A stretch of DNA of 64,000 bases from Minisyncoccota bacterium (GTDB lineage Bacteria > Patescibacteriota > Minisyncoccia > Phycocordibacterales > XYD1-FULL-46-19), in the NCBI GenBank assembly GCA_041664425.1, contig JBAYKU010000003.1, positions 3,373 through 67,372 of the forward strand, written 5' to 3'. Numbering within the stretch: the stretch's first letter is position 1; every line of letters starts with the position of its first letter. The notes below the pieces were generated by a model that saw only the letters and a program-made list of their open reading frames with translations, searched no databases and had not been told where the DNA came from. Below, piece after piece: positions 26,454 to 35,684 of this stretch. The position numbers were made by a program, and so were the translations under genes.

Positions 26454-27185
26454 TTGAAAGACATCCCCATTATTTTTGAAGACTCCGATATTCTGGTCTT
26501 AAATAAACCCGCCGGTTTGTCGGTGCATGGTGATGGTTTTAATACTGAACCAACTTTAGCCGATTGGCTTCTCAAAAAATATCCCGCTTTAGCGGAAATA
26601 GGCGAGTCAATGAAAGACCAAAAGGGGATTGAAATAAAAAAACCAGGTCTAGTTCATCGTCTCGATCGCGATACCAGTGGAGTTTTGTTGGTGGCTAAAA
26701 ATCAACCCACCTTTTTATTTCTCAAAGAACAATTTAAAAATCACTTAGCTTCAAAGACTTACCGCGCAATTTTGTCGGGGGAGATGAAGGGGGAAGTGGG
26801 GCAGGATCAAACTATTTCTCTGCCGATTGGGCGGAGTAATCGTGATCCGCGCCAGCGAGTGGCCAACATCAAAGCGGCTGGCACTTTGCGGGAGGCGACG
26901 ACTATCTATCGGGTGCTGAAAACCGCTTCTGGCTATACCTATGTTGAGGCCAACCCAAAAACTGGCCGGACCCACCAGCTCCGGGTCCATTTTAAAGCCC
27001 TCAATTATCCCATCCTCTGTGACGCTCTCTATGCCCCTAAGCTCGCTTGTTCGGACATGATGGGGCGTCAGGCTCTCCACGCCTTTTCACTCTCTATTAC
27101 CCTGCCCAACGGGGAACTGGGCTGTTTTTCCGCGCCCCTACCCTTAGATTTTCAAAAAACCCTTGATAATCTTGGTTTGATGTGA
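26454..27185 (+). CDS. RluA family pseudouridine synthase
   Basis: NKPAGL, VHRLDRDTSG, TGRTHQLRVH, LHA. Confidence 0.95.
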   Translation: MKDIPIIFEDSDILVLNKPAGLSVHGDGFNTEPTLADWLLKKYPALAEIGESMKDQKGIEIKKPGLVHRLDRDTSGVLLVAKNQPTFLFLKEQFKNHLASKTYRAILSGEMKGEVGQDQTISLPIGRSNRDPRQRVANIKAAGTLREATTIYRVLKTASGYTYVEANPKTGRTHQLRVHFKALNYPILCDALYAPKLACSDMMGRQALHAFSLSITLPNGELGCFSAPLPLDFQKTLDNLGLM

Positions 27186-27200
27186 TAAGCTAACGCCCGT

Positions 27201-27659
27201 ATGACATCAAGCTTTATTACTTCGCCAATCGATATGGCCAAGCGCCAAAAACTCGGTCTCAAAGCCGGGATGACTGTTCGTGTCTGGCAGAAAATTCAAG
27301 AAAAGGGTAAAACTCGCTTGCAGGCCTATGAAGGTCTGATTATTGCTTGTAAACATGGCAAAGAAGCCGGCTCAACTTTCACGGTTCGCCGAGTCGCTTC
27401 AGGGGTAGGGATGGAAAAGATTTTTCCACTTTACTCACCAAATATTGATAAGATTGAAATTTTGAAAGAAGCCAAGACCCGTCGTTCCAAACTCTATTTC
27501 ATTCGCGACAAGGCTGCCCGTGAGATCCGTCGCCGAATGCGCGGTGTGGTTCGCAAAAAGACTGCCAAGGATGATGACGAGCTCGTCGAGCAAGTGATCG
27601 AAGGTGTCGCTCTCGAAAATCCAGTGGAGATCGAGGAAGTGGCTGAAACCAAAGAATAA
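27201..27659 (+). CDS. rplS: 50S ribosomal protein L19 with acidic tail
   Basis: GMTVRV..EKGKTRLQAYEG..TFTVRRVASGVGMEKIFPLYSP..RRSKLYFIR. Confidence 0.97.
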   Translation: MTSSFITSPIDMAKRQKLGLKAGMTVRVWQKIQEKGKTRLQAYEGLIIACKHGKEAGSTFTVRRVASGVGMEKIFPLYSPNIDKIEILKEAKTRRSKLYFIRDKAAREIRRRMRGVVRKKTAKDDDELVEQVIEGVALENPVEIEEVAETKE

Positions 27660-27767
27660 TTAAAACAAAAAAACCACCGAGCAGGCTCGGTGGTTTTTTG
27701 TTTTTGTTCGGCCAATATACTGGTATATACTATTGCTTGAGGATAAATTTGGAGTTAAAATAGATGG

Positions 27768-28442
27768 ATGGGTAAAAGAGGTCCAAAACCGAAAGGGGTT
27801 GTAGATACCAAATGGTCAGCAGACCTGGCCTATGCTATAGGCTTGCTGTCCTCTGATGGATGTCTTTCTTCTGATGGTAGACATATAACTCTAGTTTCAA
27901 AAGATGAAGAACAAATAGTGAATTTTCTAAATTGCCTTAAAATTGAACTCAAAATAGGTAAAACTTACAATGGTTCCAAGGATAAGAGAGTCTATTATCG
28001 TGTGCAAGTAGGTGATGTATTATTTTACAATTTTTTGTTAGAGCTTGGACTTGCCTCTGCTAAATCAAAAACTATTAGTTCTTTAAAAATTCCTGACAAA
28101 TACTTTTTTGATTTCTTAAGAGGGTCTTTTGATGGTGACGGTTGTTTTTATTCCTATTGGGATCCGCGCTGGAAATCTAGTTTTATGTTTTACACTAGTT
28201 TTATTTCTGCCAGTAAAGAACATATTAATTGGCTGCGAGACGAAATATTTAAGAGATTAAAAATTAAAGGTCATATCACTAAGGCTAAGAAAATGAATAT
28301 TTATTATCAGCTTAAATATGCTAAAAGTGATTCTTTGAAGGTGCTAAGAAAGATTTATCAGCCAAATAAGGTCGTGGTATGTCTATCTCGAAAAAGATTG
28401 AAAATTGACCAAGCTTTAGGCATAATAGGGAACAGTCTATAA
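27768..28442 (+). CDS. LAGLIDADG-family endonuclease-like protein (two motifs)
   Basis: LAYAIGLLSSDGC and FLRGSFDGDGC motifs. Confidence 0.88.
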   Translation: MGKRGPKPKGVVDTKWSADLAYAIGLLSSDGCLSSDGRHITLVSKDEEQIVNFLNCLKIELKIGKTYNGSKDKRVYYRVQVGDVLFYNFLLELGLASAKSKTISSLKIPDKYFFDFLRGSFDGDGCFYSYWDPRWKSSFMFYTSFISASKEHINWLRDEIFKRLKIKGHITKAKKMNIYYQLKYAKSDSLKVLRKIYQPNKVVVCLSRKRLKIDQALGIIGNSL

Positions 28443-28446
28443 AAAT

Positions 28447-28530
28447 GCGCGAGTGGCGAAGTTGGTAGACGCGATACCTTGAGGTGGTATTGGGAGTAAT
28501 CCCGTGGAGGTTCGAGTCCTCTCTCGCGCA
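28447..28530 (+). tRNA. tRNA-Leu(GAG)
   Basis: GCGCGAG/CTCGCGC acceptor, anticodon loop TTGAGGT, variable arm. Confidence 0.95.
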
Positions 28531-28664
28531 CAATGTGTAAAAAAGCCTAAATCAGGCCTTTTTCTGTAAAAGGATGTTGGTTTGCTTTTTTTATATTGTG
28601 TGATATAATATGTATTAGATAAGTGGTCTTAAACAGCTGTCGCTAGGCGACCAGGAGGTGTTTA

Positions 28665-29021
28665 GTGAGAAAGCCTATCTATCTGTACAGGGTTTACCTC
28701 CAACTTCTTGCCACTGGCAAGGTGGCTAAGTTTGGGGAGACCATGGCTGTATCGGAAGCCGAAGCAGAGAATCATCTCCGTTTCCGGGAGTACGGCGAGC
28801 TCTCGATCGAGCGACTGGAATCGGAGAAGGGTCTCCGGCTGGTCGCAGCCAGGGTTGGTACGACCAAGGCGATGAAGCTGGCCCAGTTGACTGGCGAGTT
28901 ACCTCCGGCCCCCAAGGTCCGTCAGCACCGCCAAGCGCCGGCCCAGCAGTTTTTTGCTGGCACCGGGTTCGGTCTTGCCGAACCACCGACTCGTCCTCAT
29001 CGAGTCCGTCGCCATGACTAA
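28665..29021 (+). CDS. hypothetical protein
   Basis: GTG start with AGGAGG upstream and TGATATAAT -10; GC-richer than neighbours. Confidence 0.7.
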   Translation: MRKPIYLYRVYLQLLATGKVAKFGETMAVSEAEAENHLRFREYGELSIERLESEKGLRLVAARVGTTKAMKLAQLTGELPPAPKVRQHRQAPAQQFFAGTGFGLAEPPTRPHRVRRHD

Positions 29022-29121
29022 GCGGCGACTCCCTTGCAAGAGCGTAGGCAGAAACAGATCACTCGATTCTGTTCCGGCCCACGCTCTTTATTTTTTGCCA
29101 AAATTGTGATAAAACAAACCT

Positions 29122-29670
29122 ATGCTTTATACGACCAATGGTGATGATGGTAAGACAGGCCTTTTTGGTTGTGATCAACGGATTTCTAAAAGTTCCGCGA
29201 TTGCCGAAGCTTTGGGCTGTCTCGATGAAATCAATTCGCTTTTAGGTTGGTGTAAAGTAAAAGCTGGCGATAAGTCTTTCAAGGTTGGCACAGTGGGGAT
29301 TGCCGCTATGATTGATGAAGTTCAACAAGATCTTTTTATCATTCAGGCCCAATTAGCCGGTGCTCCAAAGGTTTTGCCAGTAGAGAGAATAAAAGTCATG
29401 GAGAGTTTGATTGGTGAGATTGAAAAAATTCTACCACCGATTAAAACTTTTTTTGTGGCTGGTGGTACCGAGTTGGCGGCTATCTTTGATCACGCTCGCA
29501 CGGTGGCTCGACGGGCTGAGAGGCGAGTGATTGCCGCTCATGAAGAAGGCCTAGTTAAAATTTCTCAAGAAAGTTTAGCTTTGCTCAATCGTCTATCGTC
29601 CCTACTCTATGCTTTGGCTCGTTTAGCCAATCATGATAGTGGGGTGAATGAAGAAGCTCCGAGGTATTAA
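29122..29670 (+). CDS. ATP:cob(I)alamin adenosyltransferase (PduO type)
   Basis: YTTNGDDGKTGL, GCLDEINS, ARTVARRAER, NRLSSLLYALAR. Confidence 0.92.
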   Translation: MLYTTNGDDGKTGLFGCDQRISKSSAIAEALGCLDEINSLLGWCKVKAGDKSFKVGTVGIAAMIDEVQQDLFIIQAQLAGAPKVLPVERIKVMESLIGEIEKILPPIKTFFVAGGTELAAIFDHARTVARRAERRVIAAHEEGLVKISQESLALLNRLSSLLYALARLANHDSGVNEEAPRY

Positions 29671-29802
29671 CCCGCTTAAGTTTTTGAATTAGAATCCGCC
29701 ATGGGGCGGATATTTTTATAAAACATTGGGAATTGTACCGAGTTTGATTATCCACAGTAGATGGTGTTTACTTGCAGGATATTTGGCAGTATTATTAAAT
29801 AT

Positions 29803-30303
29803 ATGCCAATAGTCAGTTGTGAAATTTGTTCAAAAGAATTTTATTCTAAACCGTCTTGGATAGAAAGGGGGAAGGGGAAGTTTTGTTCGAGAGTTTGTTC
29901 CTCCTTGGCAAAGAGAAACGGAAAAGATATTAAATGTTTTTCTTGCGGTAAGGGAGCTTATAAACCGTTAAAAGATTTAAATAATTCAAAGAGTAAAAAT
30001 TATTTTTGTAGTAAAAAGTGCAGCCTGTCTTGGAATAATTCCTTACATTTTGGAGATAATAGTGTTAATTGGAAAGGGGGAAGATTTTCTTATAAAAAAA
30101 TTATTGAACGAAATGGATTGCCTCAAGTTTGTGTCTTGTGTGGAAAAAATAATACAAAAATTCTCTCAGTTCACCATCTCGACCAAAACAGAAGCAATAA
30201 TGATATAAAAAATTTAGTTTGGCTTTGTCAAAACTGTCATTTTTTGGTTCATCACTATTCAGAAGAAAAACAAAATCTATTTAGTAAGTATGCCAATCAA
30301 TAA
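29803..30303 (+). CDS. HNH endonuclease with N-terminal zinc-finger repeats
   Basis: Two CxxC..FCSxxC units; VHHLDQNRSNN..NLVWLCQNCH. Confidence 0.88.
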   Translation: MPIVSCEICSKEFYSKPSWIERGKGKFCSRVCSSLAKRNGKDIKCFSCGKGAYKPLKDLNNSKSKNYFCSKKCSLSWNNSLHFGDNSVNWKGGRFSYKKIIERNGLPQVCVLCGKNNTKILSVHHLDQNRSNNDIKNLVWLCQNCHFLVHHYSEEKQNLFSKYANQ

Positions 30304-30796
30304 AAAGTGCGAAATGTGCCATCAAGTATTTCACCCCAAACCAGCCAATGTTAAAAAGGGCTGGGGTAAATTTTGTTCGGCTAAATGCCAATACCAATCT
30401 TTTAAAAAGGGGGTTGTTAAAAAATGCTTTGTTTGTCATAAGGAAGTCTATTTAACTCCCAGTCGTTTTAAAAATTCAAAAAGTGGTAGGTTTTTTTGTG
30501 GCAAATCATGCCAGACCAAATGGCGTAATCAGGAATTTAGTGGTGATAAAAGCAAATTATGGAAAAATGGCCGCTCGACTTATCGTGATGTGATGTTAAA
30601 AAGTTCTACCAGTCGGAAGTGTAGACTCTGTGATGAAAAGGATTTTAGAGTGTTGGCGGTCCATCATGTGGACCAAAACCGAAAAAATTACAGGCTTGAA
30701 AATCTAGTTTGGCTGTGCCATAATTGCCATCACCTTGTCCATTCTGATAGTATGGAAAGGTTGAGTTTAAGCGAGATTTTGGAGATTGCAAGATAA
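30290..30796 (+). CDS. HNH endonuclease with N-terminal zinc-finger repeats (paralog of upstream gene)
   Basis: Same architecture; VHHVDQNRKN..NLVWLCHNCH. Confidence 0.88.
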   Translation: MPINKKCEMCHQVFHPKPANVKKGWGKFCSAKCQYQSFKKGVVKKCFVCHKEVYLTPSRFKNSKSGRFFCGKSCQTKWRNQEFSGDKSKLWKNGRSTYRDVMLKSSTSRKCRLCDEKDFRVLAVHHVDQNRKNYRLENLVWLCHNCHHLVHSDSMERLSLSEILEIAR

Positions 30797-30803
30797 ATAT
30801 GAT

Positions 30804-30876
30804 GGCGGTCATCGTCCAGTGGTTAGGACTTTGCTCTGTGGCAGCAAAAACGTGAGTTCGAATCTCACTGATCGCC
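30804..30876 (+). tRNA. tRNA-His(GUG)
   Basis: G-1 plus GCGGTCA/TGATCGC acceptor, C discriminator, anticodon loop CTGTGGC. Confidence 0.93.
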
Positions 30877-30943
30877 CACCTAAATTTTCTCAAGGCCATT
30901 ATTTTAGAGTGACTTTTGACGAGTATCTTGTTAAAATTCAGTT

Positions 30944-31420
30944 ATGAAAATGAAATCTGATTGGCTCAAACTGATTACGGCGATTGTCGTTGTCCAGCTA
31001 GCTGGTTTTATTGGTTCGATTTATACTACCCCGTCGATTGATAGTTGGTTTAATCTTTTACAAAAACCCCTACTATCTCCGCCTAATTGGGTTTTTGCGC
31101 CAGTTTGGACCATCCTATTTCTCTTGATGGGAATTTCTGCTTGGTTGATTTGGAAGCGGGGATTGGGGAAAAAGGAACGCTTAGCTTTGAGTGTTTTCTT
31201 GTTTCAACTAGTTTTGAACGTTTGGTGGTCAATTATTTTCTTTGGTTGGCACAATCTCGGTTTGGCTGTTTTAGAAATAATTGCTCTCTGGTTGTCGATT
31301 GTTTGGACCATTAGAGTTTTTAATCGCTTGTCACCTCTAGCCGCTCGACTACTATGGCCGTATCTGATCTGGGTTTCTTTTGCTTCATACTTAACCATCG
31401 CTTTTTGGTGGTTAAATTAG
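30944..31420 (+). CDS. tspO: TspO/MBR family protein
   Basis: WFNLLQKP..PPNWVFAPVWT, LNVWWSIIFFG, PYLIWVSFA. Confidence 0.95.
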   Translation: MKMKSDWLKLITAIVVVQLAGFIGSIYTTPSIDSWFNLLQKPLLSPPNWVFAPVWTILFLLMGISAWLIWKRGLGKKERLALSVFLFQLVLNVWWSIIFFGWHNLGLAVLEIIALWLSIVWTIRVFNRLSPLAARLLWPYLIWVSFASYLTIAFWWLN

Positions 31421-31453
31421 AAAATTAATAATTAATAAAATAAAATAAAAAAT

Positions 31454-31834
31454 ATGAGTGGCTACGTAGATAATATTGAGAAAAAAAGTCAGTACAATGA
31501 TAATTTTCGAGAAGTCCTTTTTACTTCTGGCAAAATGCAGTTAGTCGTTATGAAATTAAATGCGGGCGAAGATATTGGTGAAGAGGTCCATGATAAAGTT
31601 GATCAATTTATCCGTGTTGAATCTGGTGAGGGCATGGCTGTCCTCGATGGAGAGGAAACCAAGATTTATGATGGTTTCGCGGTGGTGATTCCAGCTGGTA
31701 CCAAGCATAACATCATCAACCAGGGTGTGGATGCAATGAAGCTCTATACTATCTATACTCCACCACAGCACCGCGAACGTACTGTTCACGCGACTAAGGC
31801 TGATGCTATCGCTGATGAGGGGGATCATTACTAA
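31454..31834 (+). CDS. cupin domain protein
   Basis: GEDIGEEVH..DQF, IPAGTKHNIIN, KLYTIYTPPQH. Confidence 0.92.
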   Translation: MSGYVDNIEKKSQYNDNFREVLFTSGKMQLVVMKLNAGEDIGEEVHDKVDQFIRVESGEGMAVLDGEETKIYDGFAVVIPAGTKHNIINQGVDAMKLYTIYTPPQHRERTVHATKADAIADEGDHY

Positions 31835-31897
31835 AAAATAGAATCCGCGACCGCCCCATTGGGTCGGTCGCGGATTTTTTGTTGTGGCAGGTCTTCC

Positions 31898-32236
31898 CTA
31901 GTACGGGATGACTTCTTGGAAGTTGTTGGTCGGGACTCCGACCAGAGCTACCCATAAGTCGTCGTCATACTGTTTTTCGAACTCGTTGAGTTTGACGAAG
32001 AAACCCGTTTGCCACCTCTTGATCTGTTTCCATGGTCGCCAGACGATGGCCGTTTCGCAACTGGCGTTCAATCGAGCGAACACCTTGTCCCCATCAATGA
32101 AGTGTCCATAGATGGTTACCCTCGTGCCACTCAGAGTAAGCACCGACTTGACCGTGCCCACCCCGCCACACTTTTCCTGCAGTTTGGTCTCTAGGTATCC
32201 CAGTACAGCGTCCTTCTTTTTCGTTGCTTCCCACAT
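31898..32236 (-). CDS. hypothetical protein
   Basis: ATG with AAGGAGG upstream; shares terminator at about 31843-31880 with the cupin gene. Confidence 0.7.
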   Translation of the reverse strand: MWEATKKKDAVLGYLETKLQEKCGGVGTVKSVLTLSGTRVTIYGHFIDGDKVFARLNASCETAIVWRPWKQIKRWQTGFFVKLNEFEKQYDDDLWVALVGVPTNNFQEVIPY

Positions 32237-32346
32237 GGCGAACCCTCCTTTTTTGTCTATATATTAAATTAACACAAAAAATTTTTGTTGCCAGCTATTT
32301 GATATATAATCGTTGGTAGGGGGTTTAATCGCTAATTGAAATCGAC

Positions 32347-32589
32347 ATGCGTTTTTCAATCGTTGTGTTGTTGCTGGGTATTATCTTTTTGCTGCGTAAT
32401 TTGGGATTTTTAATGCCAATTGCCAACTGGGATATTGTCTGGCCGATTCTGTTGATTGCCCTGGGCTTGATTATGATGTTCAAGAAGAGAGGTTGCCGTG
32501 GTTGTCATGGCATGGGCGGTGCTTGTAAATGCAAATGCTGCCAATCTCAAGGCTGTTCTTCTTGTAAGGATGGCACTTGCCAGACATAG
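32347..32589 (+). CDS. small membrane protein (LiaF/DUF5668-like TM hairpin) with Cys-rich tail
   Basis: GIIFLLRNLG..WDIVWPILLIALG; 9 Cys in the last ~32 aa. Confidence 0.8.
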   Translation: MRFSIVVLLLGIIFLLRNLGFLMPIANWDIVWPILLIALGLIMMFKKRGCRGCHGMGGACKCKCCQSQGCSSCKDGTCQT

Positions 32590-32638
32590 TTAAACCAAAA
32601 CTAAAACGCGCGCCCTCGGGCGCGCGTTTTAGTTTTAG

Positions 32639-32992
32639 TTATTTATCATTATCACCCTCACTACTACCTCTCTCTTCTATAAATTTTCTGATTTTTAACA
32701 TGTCTTCCTGGGAAAGTTCAGAAAAAGTAAAACCAGCGAGAAAAATATCGGAATCATCTATTTTATTTATCCAGGCTACAATAGCGACACATTTAATATT
32801 TGCTACTTCTGGGCTGAGAGTAAAAGATAACTCATAACGAGAGTCGGGGGTGAAGCGACGGTGACTGCGGAGTCTAAAACCGGTCTCGCTGATATCTAGA
32901 GATTCTGCTCGAATCTCTTTGTCATCACCATTAACAGCGACAGTAAAATTGCAGTTGGTGCGAAAAGACCTTCGTCGTTCTTCATTATTCAT
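32639..32992 (-). CDS. standalone PilZ domain protein
   Basis: ERRRSFR (RxxxR) and DISETG (DxSxxG) motifs. Confidence 0.88.
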   Translation of the reverse strand: MNNEERRRSFRTNCNFTVAVNGDDKEIRAESLDISETGFRLRSHRRFTPDSRYELSFTLSPEVANIKCVAIVAWINKIDDSDIFLAGFTFSELSQEDMLKIRKFIEERGSSEGDNDK

Positions 32993-33070
32993 TTAGTAAG
33001 TATATCTCTCGAAACAAGCAACGTCCATTATTTTTGAGTTTTAGACAAAATTTTGCTACAGTTTCTTCGT

Positions 33071-33823
33071 ATGACAGAAAACAATCTAACAAAATACGAA
33101 AAACATCAGCTGGAAAAAGCTGATCGAGAAAAAGCAGATAAAAGTCAAAAACGTCAGCGTCAGATCTGGCGCTACCTTTTATGGTTGTCGGCCGGGCTTT
33201 TGATTGTAGTGACTGTTTGGCAAGTCAATCGTTTGGTTTCTGGCAATAGTAAAATCTCACCAACCGCTACCAGTTCCTCTTTAGCCTTAACGGTTAAAGA
33301 TGGTGATTGGATAATGGGAGCCACCACCTCGCCAGTGGTCCTGATTGAGTATAGTGATTTCCAGTGTCCCGCTTGTGCTGAATATAATGATTTAGTTGAA
33401 CAACTTAAAAAAGATTACCCGGATAAATTAACCGTTGTTTACCGGCATTATCCTTGGTTTTTCCATGAGCATGCTATGAGTGCGGCTTTGGTGGCCGAGG
33501 CTGCCGGACAGCAAGGGAAATTTTGGGCCATGCACGATCTGTTGTTTAAAAATCAAAATGAGTGGTCGGCTGGAAAAGGTTCGGAGTCGTTTAACAAATA
33601 TGCCAATCAATATGCGATTAGACTCGGTCTAGATCAAACCTTGTTTACAAAAGATTTAGCCAACCCGGTCTGGCGTCAGAAAATAGAAGCCCAGCTGGCA
33701 GAGGGGAAGAGTCTGGGGATAGATTATACGCCAGCCTTCGCTATTAATGGTAAAATAATTACAAATCCAAAAAGTTATGAAGAATTCCGACAAGTTATTG
33801 ACCAAGTCCTCAAAAGCCAATAA
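33071..33823 (+). CDS. DsbA family thiol-disulfide oxidoreductase
   Basis: EYSDFQCPAC, YRHYP, QGKFWAMHDLLF, TPAF.ING. Confidence 0.93.
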   Translation: MTENNLTKYEKHQLEKADREKADKSQKRQRQIWRYLLWLSAGLLIVVTVWQVNRLVSGNSKISPTATSSSLALTVKDGDWIMGATTSPVVLIEYSDFQCPACAEYNDLVEQLKKDYPDKLTVVYRHYPWFFHEHAMSAALVAEAAGQQGKFWAMHDLLFKNQNEWSAGKGSESFNKYANQYAIRLGLDQTLFTKDLANPVWRQKIEAQLAEGKSLGIDYTPAFAINGKIITNPKSYEEFRQVIDQVLKSQ

Positions 33824-34241
33824 GTGGTATATACCACTTATTGCGATACTTTCTTTTGGTGGTTTTGTTGATGCTAGCTATCTAACCATTTCTCATTTTA
33901 AAGGGGCCTCTCTTTTTTGTAATTTATCCACTGGTTGTGATCAGGTCACCACTAGTGCCTACTCAACAATTCTAGGTGTGCCCGTAGCCATGCTGGGATT
34001 GTTTTTTTATCTTTTCACCTTTATTTTGGTGGTGGCTTATTTTGATACCAAAAAAGATTTTCTGTTTAAAATCATTTTAGTCTTGTCGGCTTTATCTTTT
34101 TGCTTCTCACTTTGGTTTGTTGGAGTAATGGCTTTTGTTATTGGGGCTTGGTGTCAGTATTGTTTGGTCTCTGCGGTTCTCTCGACCACGATTTTTGTTG
34201 CCAGCTTGTTCCGATATCGACTAGGGCGAACAGAGGGCTAG
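33777..34241 (+). CDS. vitamin K epoxide reductase (VKOR) family protein
   Basis: C..STGCDQVTTSAYS..LGVPVA..G, WCQYC. Confidence 0.93.
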   Translation: MKNSDKLLTKSSKANKWYIPLIAILSFGGFVDASYLTISHFKGASLFCNLSTGCDQVTTSAYSTILGVPVAMLGLFFYLFTFILVVAYFDTKKDFLFKIILVLSALSFCFSLWFVGVMAFVIGAWCQYCLVSAVLSTTIFVASLFRYRLGRTEG

Positions 34242-34313
34242 TTTTGACATTTACTGGCAAAAGGGGTAATATTATCTAAAGCCCCGCGGGGCATTTTTAA
34301 ATACAACAAATAT

Positions 34314-34496
34314 ATGTCACTCATCAATTATCTCAAGGATACTAAGACCGAAATGAAGCATGTTAGCTGGCCGACTCAAAGCCAAGTGATTAATTTCACT
34401 TTGTTAGTTTTGGGTTTGTCTATCGGGACCGGTATTTTACTCGGCGCTTTTGATGTTATTTTTACTAGCGGTCTCAAGACCATTATTTTTAAATAA
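34314..34496 (+). CDS. secE: preprotein translocase subunit SecE
   Basis: EMKHVSWPT plus one TM; upstream of nusG. Confidence 0.95.
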   Translation: MSLINYLKDTKTEMKHVSWPTQSQVINFTLLVLGLSIGTGILLGAFDVIFTSGLKTIIFK

Positions 34497-34498
34497 AT

Positions 34499-35044
34499 AT
34501 GGCTAGACAGGAACTAAATCAAGGTCGGAATTGGTATGCGATCCATACTTATTCTGGTTATGAAAATGCGGTCGCGCGCAACCTTAAACAGCGTATCGAA
34601 TCTCTAGGCATGGAAGATAAAATCTTCAATGTCATTGTTCCGGTGGAGAAAAAGGCAAAAATCAAAGCGGGTAAGCGGGTGGTGTTGGAAGAAAAAATTT
34701 ACCCGGGCTATGTTTTGGTGGACATGGTAGTGACTGATGATTCTTGGTATGTGGTCCGCAACACTCCACGCGTGACTGGTTTTATTGGCTCAGGTGTGGT
34801 GCCAGTACCATTAGAAATTAAAGAAATCGAAGAACTCTTTTCTCGTATGGGTGATGAGAGTATCAAACACAAGATTGACTTGGTGGTGGGCGAGACTGTG
34901 TCGATTGTCGATGGTCCGTTTAAGGATTTTGAGGGGAAGGTTAGCGAAATCGATGAAGAGAGAGGTAAGGTTAAAGTTTTGGTTTCGATGTTTGGTCGCG
35001 AGACTCCCGTCGAACTCGATTTCTTGCAGGTCAAGCACATTTAA
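34499..35044 (+). CDS. nusG: transcription factor NusG
   Basis: WYAIHTYSGYE, PGYVLV, VRNTPRVTGF, FGRETPVEL. Confidence 0.98.
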   Translation: MARQELNQGRNWYAIHTYSGYENAVARNLKQRIESLGMEDKIFNVIVPVEKKAKIKAGKRVVLEEKIYPGYVLVDMVVTDDSWYVVRNTPRVTGFIGSGVVPVPLEIKEIEELFSRMGDESIKHKIDLVVGETVSIVDGPFKDFEGKVSEIDEERGKVKVLVSMFGRETPVELDFLQVKHI

Positions 35045-35106
35045 AGGAAAGGTTGATAAAATACCGTTTTTATTATAGGATGGCAAAGTTCAATAAATAA
35101 TCACTT

Positions 35107-35532
35107 ATGGCAAAGAAAGTAGAAAAGAAAATCAAATTACAGATCCCAGCCGGTAAAGCTAACCCGGCACCTCCTGTTGGTACCGCTCTCGGTCCAGCCG
35201 GTGTTAATATTGGTGATTTCGTTCAGAAATTCAACGCTGCTACTGCCGAAATGATCGGCTCTATTATTCCAGTCGAAATCTCCGTCTATGCTGATCGTAG
35301 TTTCGACTTCATCTTGAAGACCCCACCAGCTTCTGACTTTTTACTCAAAGCCGCTAAAATTGAGAAAGGTTCTGGTAAAAACTTAGTTAGCCGAGCGGGC
35401 AAAGTCACTCGCGCTCAATTGCGAGAAATCGCCGAGAAAAAGATGTCTGATTTGACCGCCAGTAGTGTCGAACAAGCCATGAAAACTATCGAAGGTTCGG
35501 CTCGTTCTATGGGTTTGGAAGTCACTGATTAA
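35107..35532 (+). CDS. rplK: 50S ribosomal protein L11
   Basis: [28 protein letters not shown]. Confidence 0.98.
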   Translation: MAKKVEKKIKLQIPAGKANPAPPVGTALGPAGVNIGDFVQKFNAATAEMIGSIIPVEISVYADRSFDFILKTPPASDFLLKAAKIEKGSGKNLVSRAGKVTRAQLREIAEKKMSDLTASSVEQAMKTIEGSARSMGLEVTD

Positions 35533-35684
35533 ATTTCAATACAAGACCGGCGCCAGCGCAAGCTGGCGCCGGTCTGTCGTTTGGGCTAATTTTAGGGTGG
35601 ATTTTGTTGACAATTGGATAGGGAAATAGAGGTTAAGCCCCTTGGGCATCAAAAACATAAAAGGAAAAAAGGAGGGTTGTAATC

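Noticed and set aside
27768-28530. LAGLIDADG as part of a tRNA group I intron
   Set aside because: The tRNA-Leu is contiguous and complete, and no upstream exon half was found.
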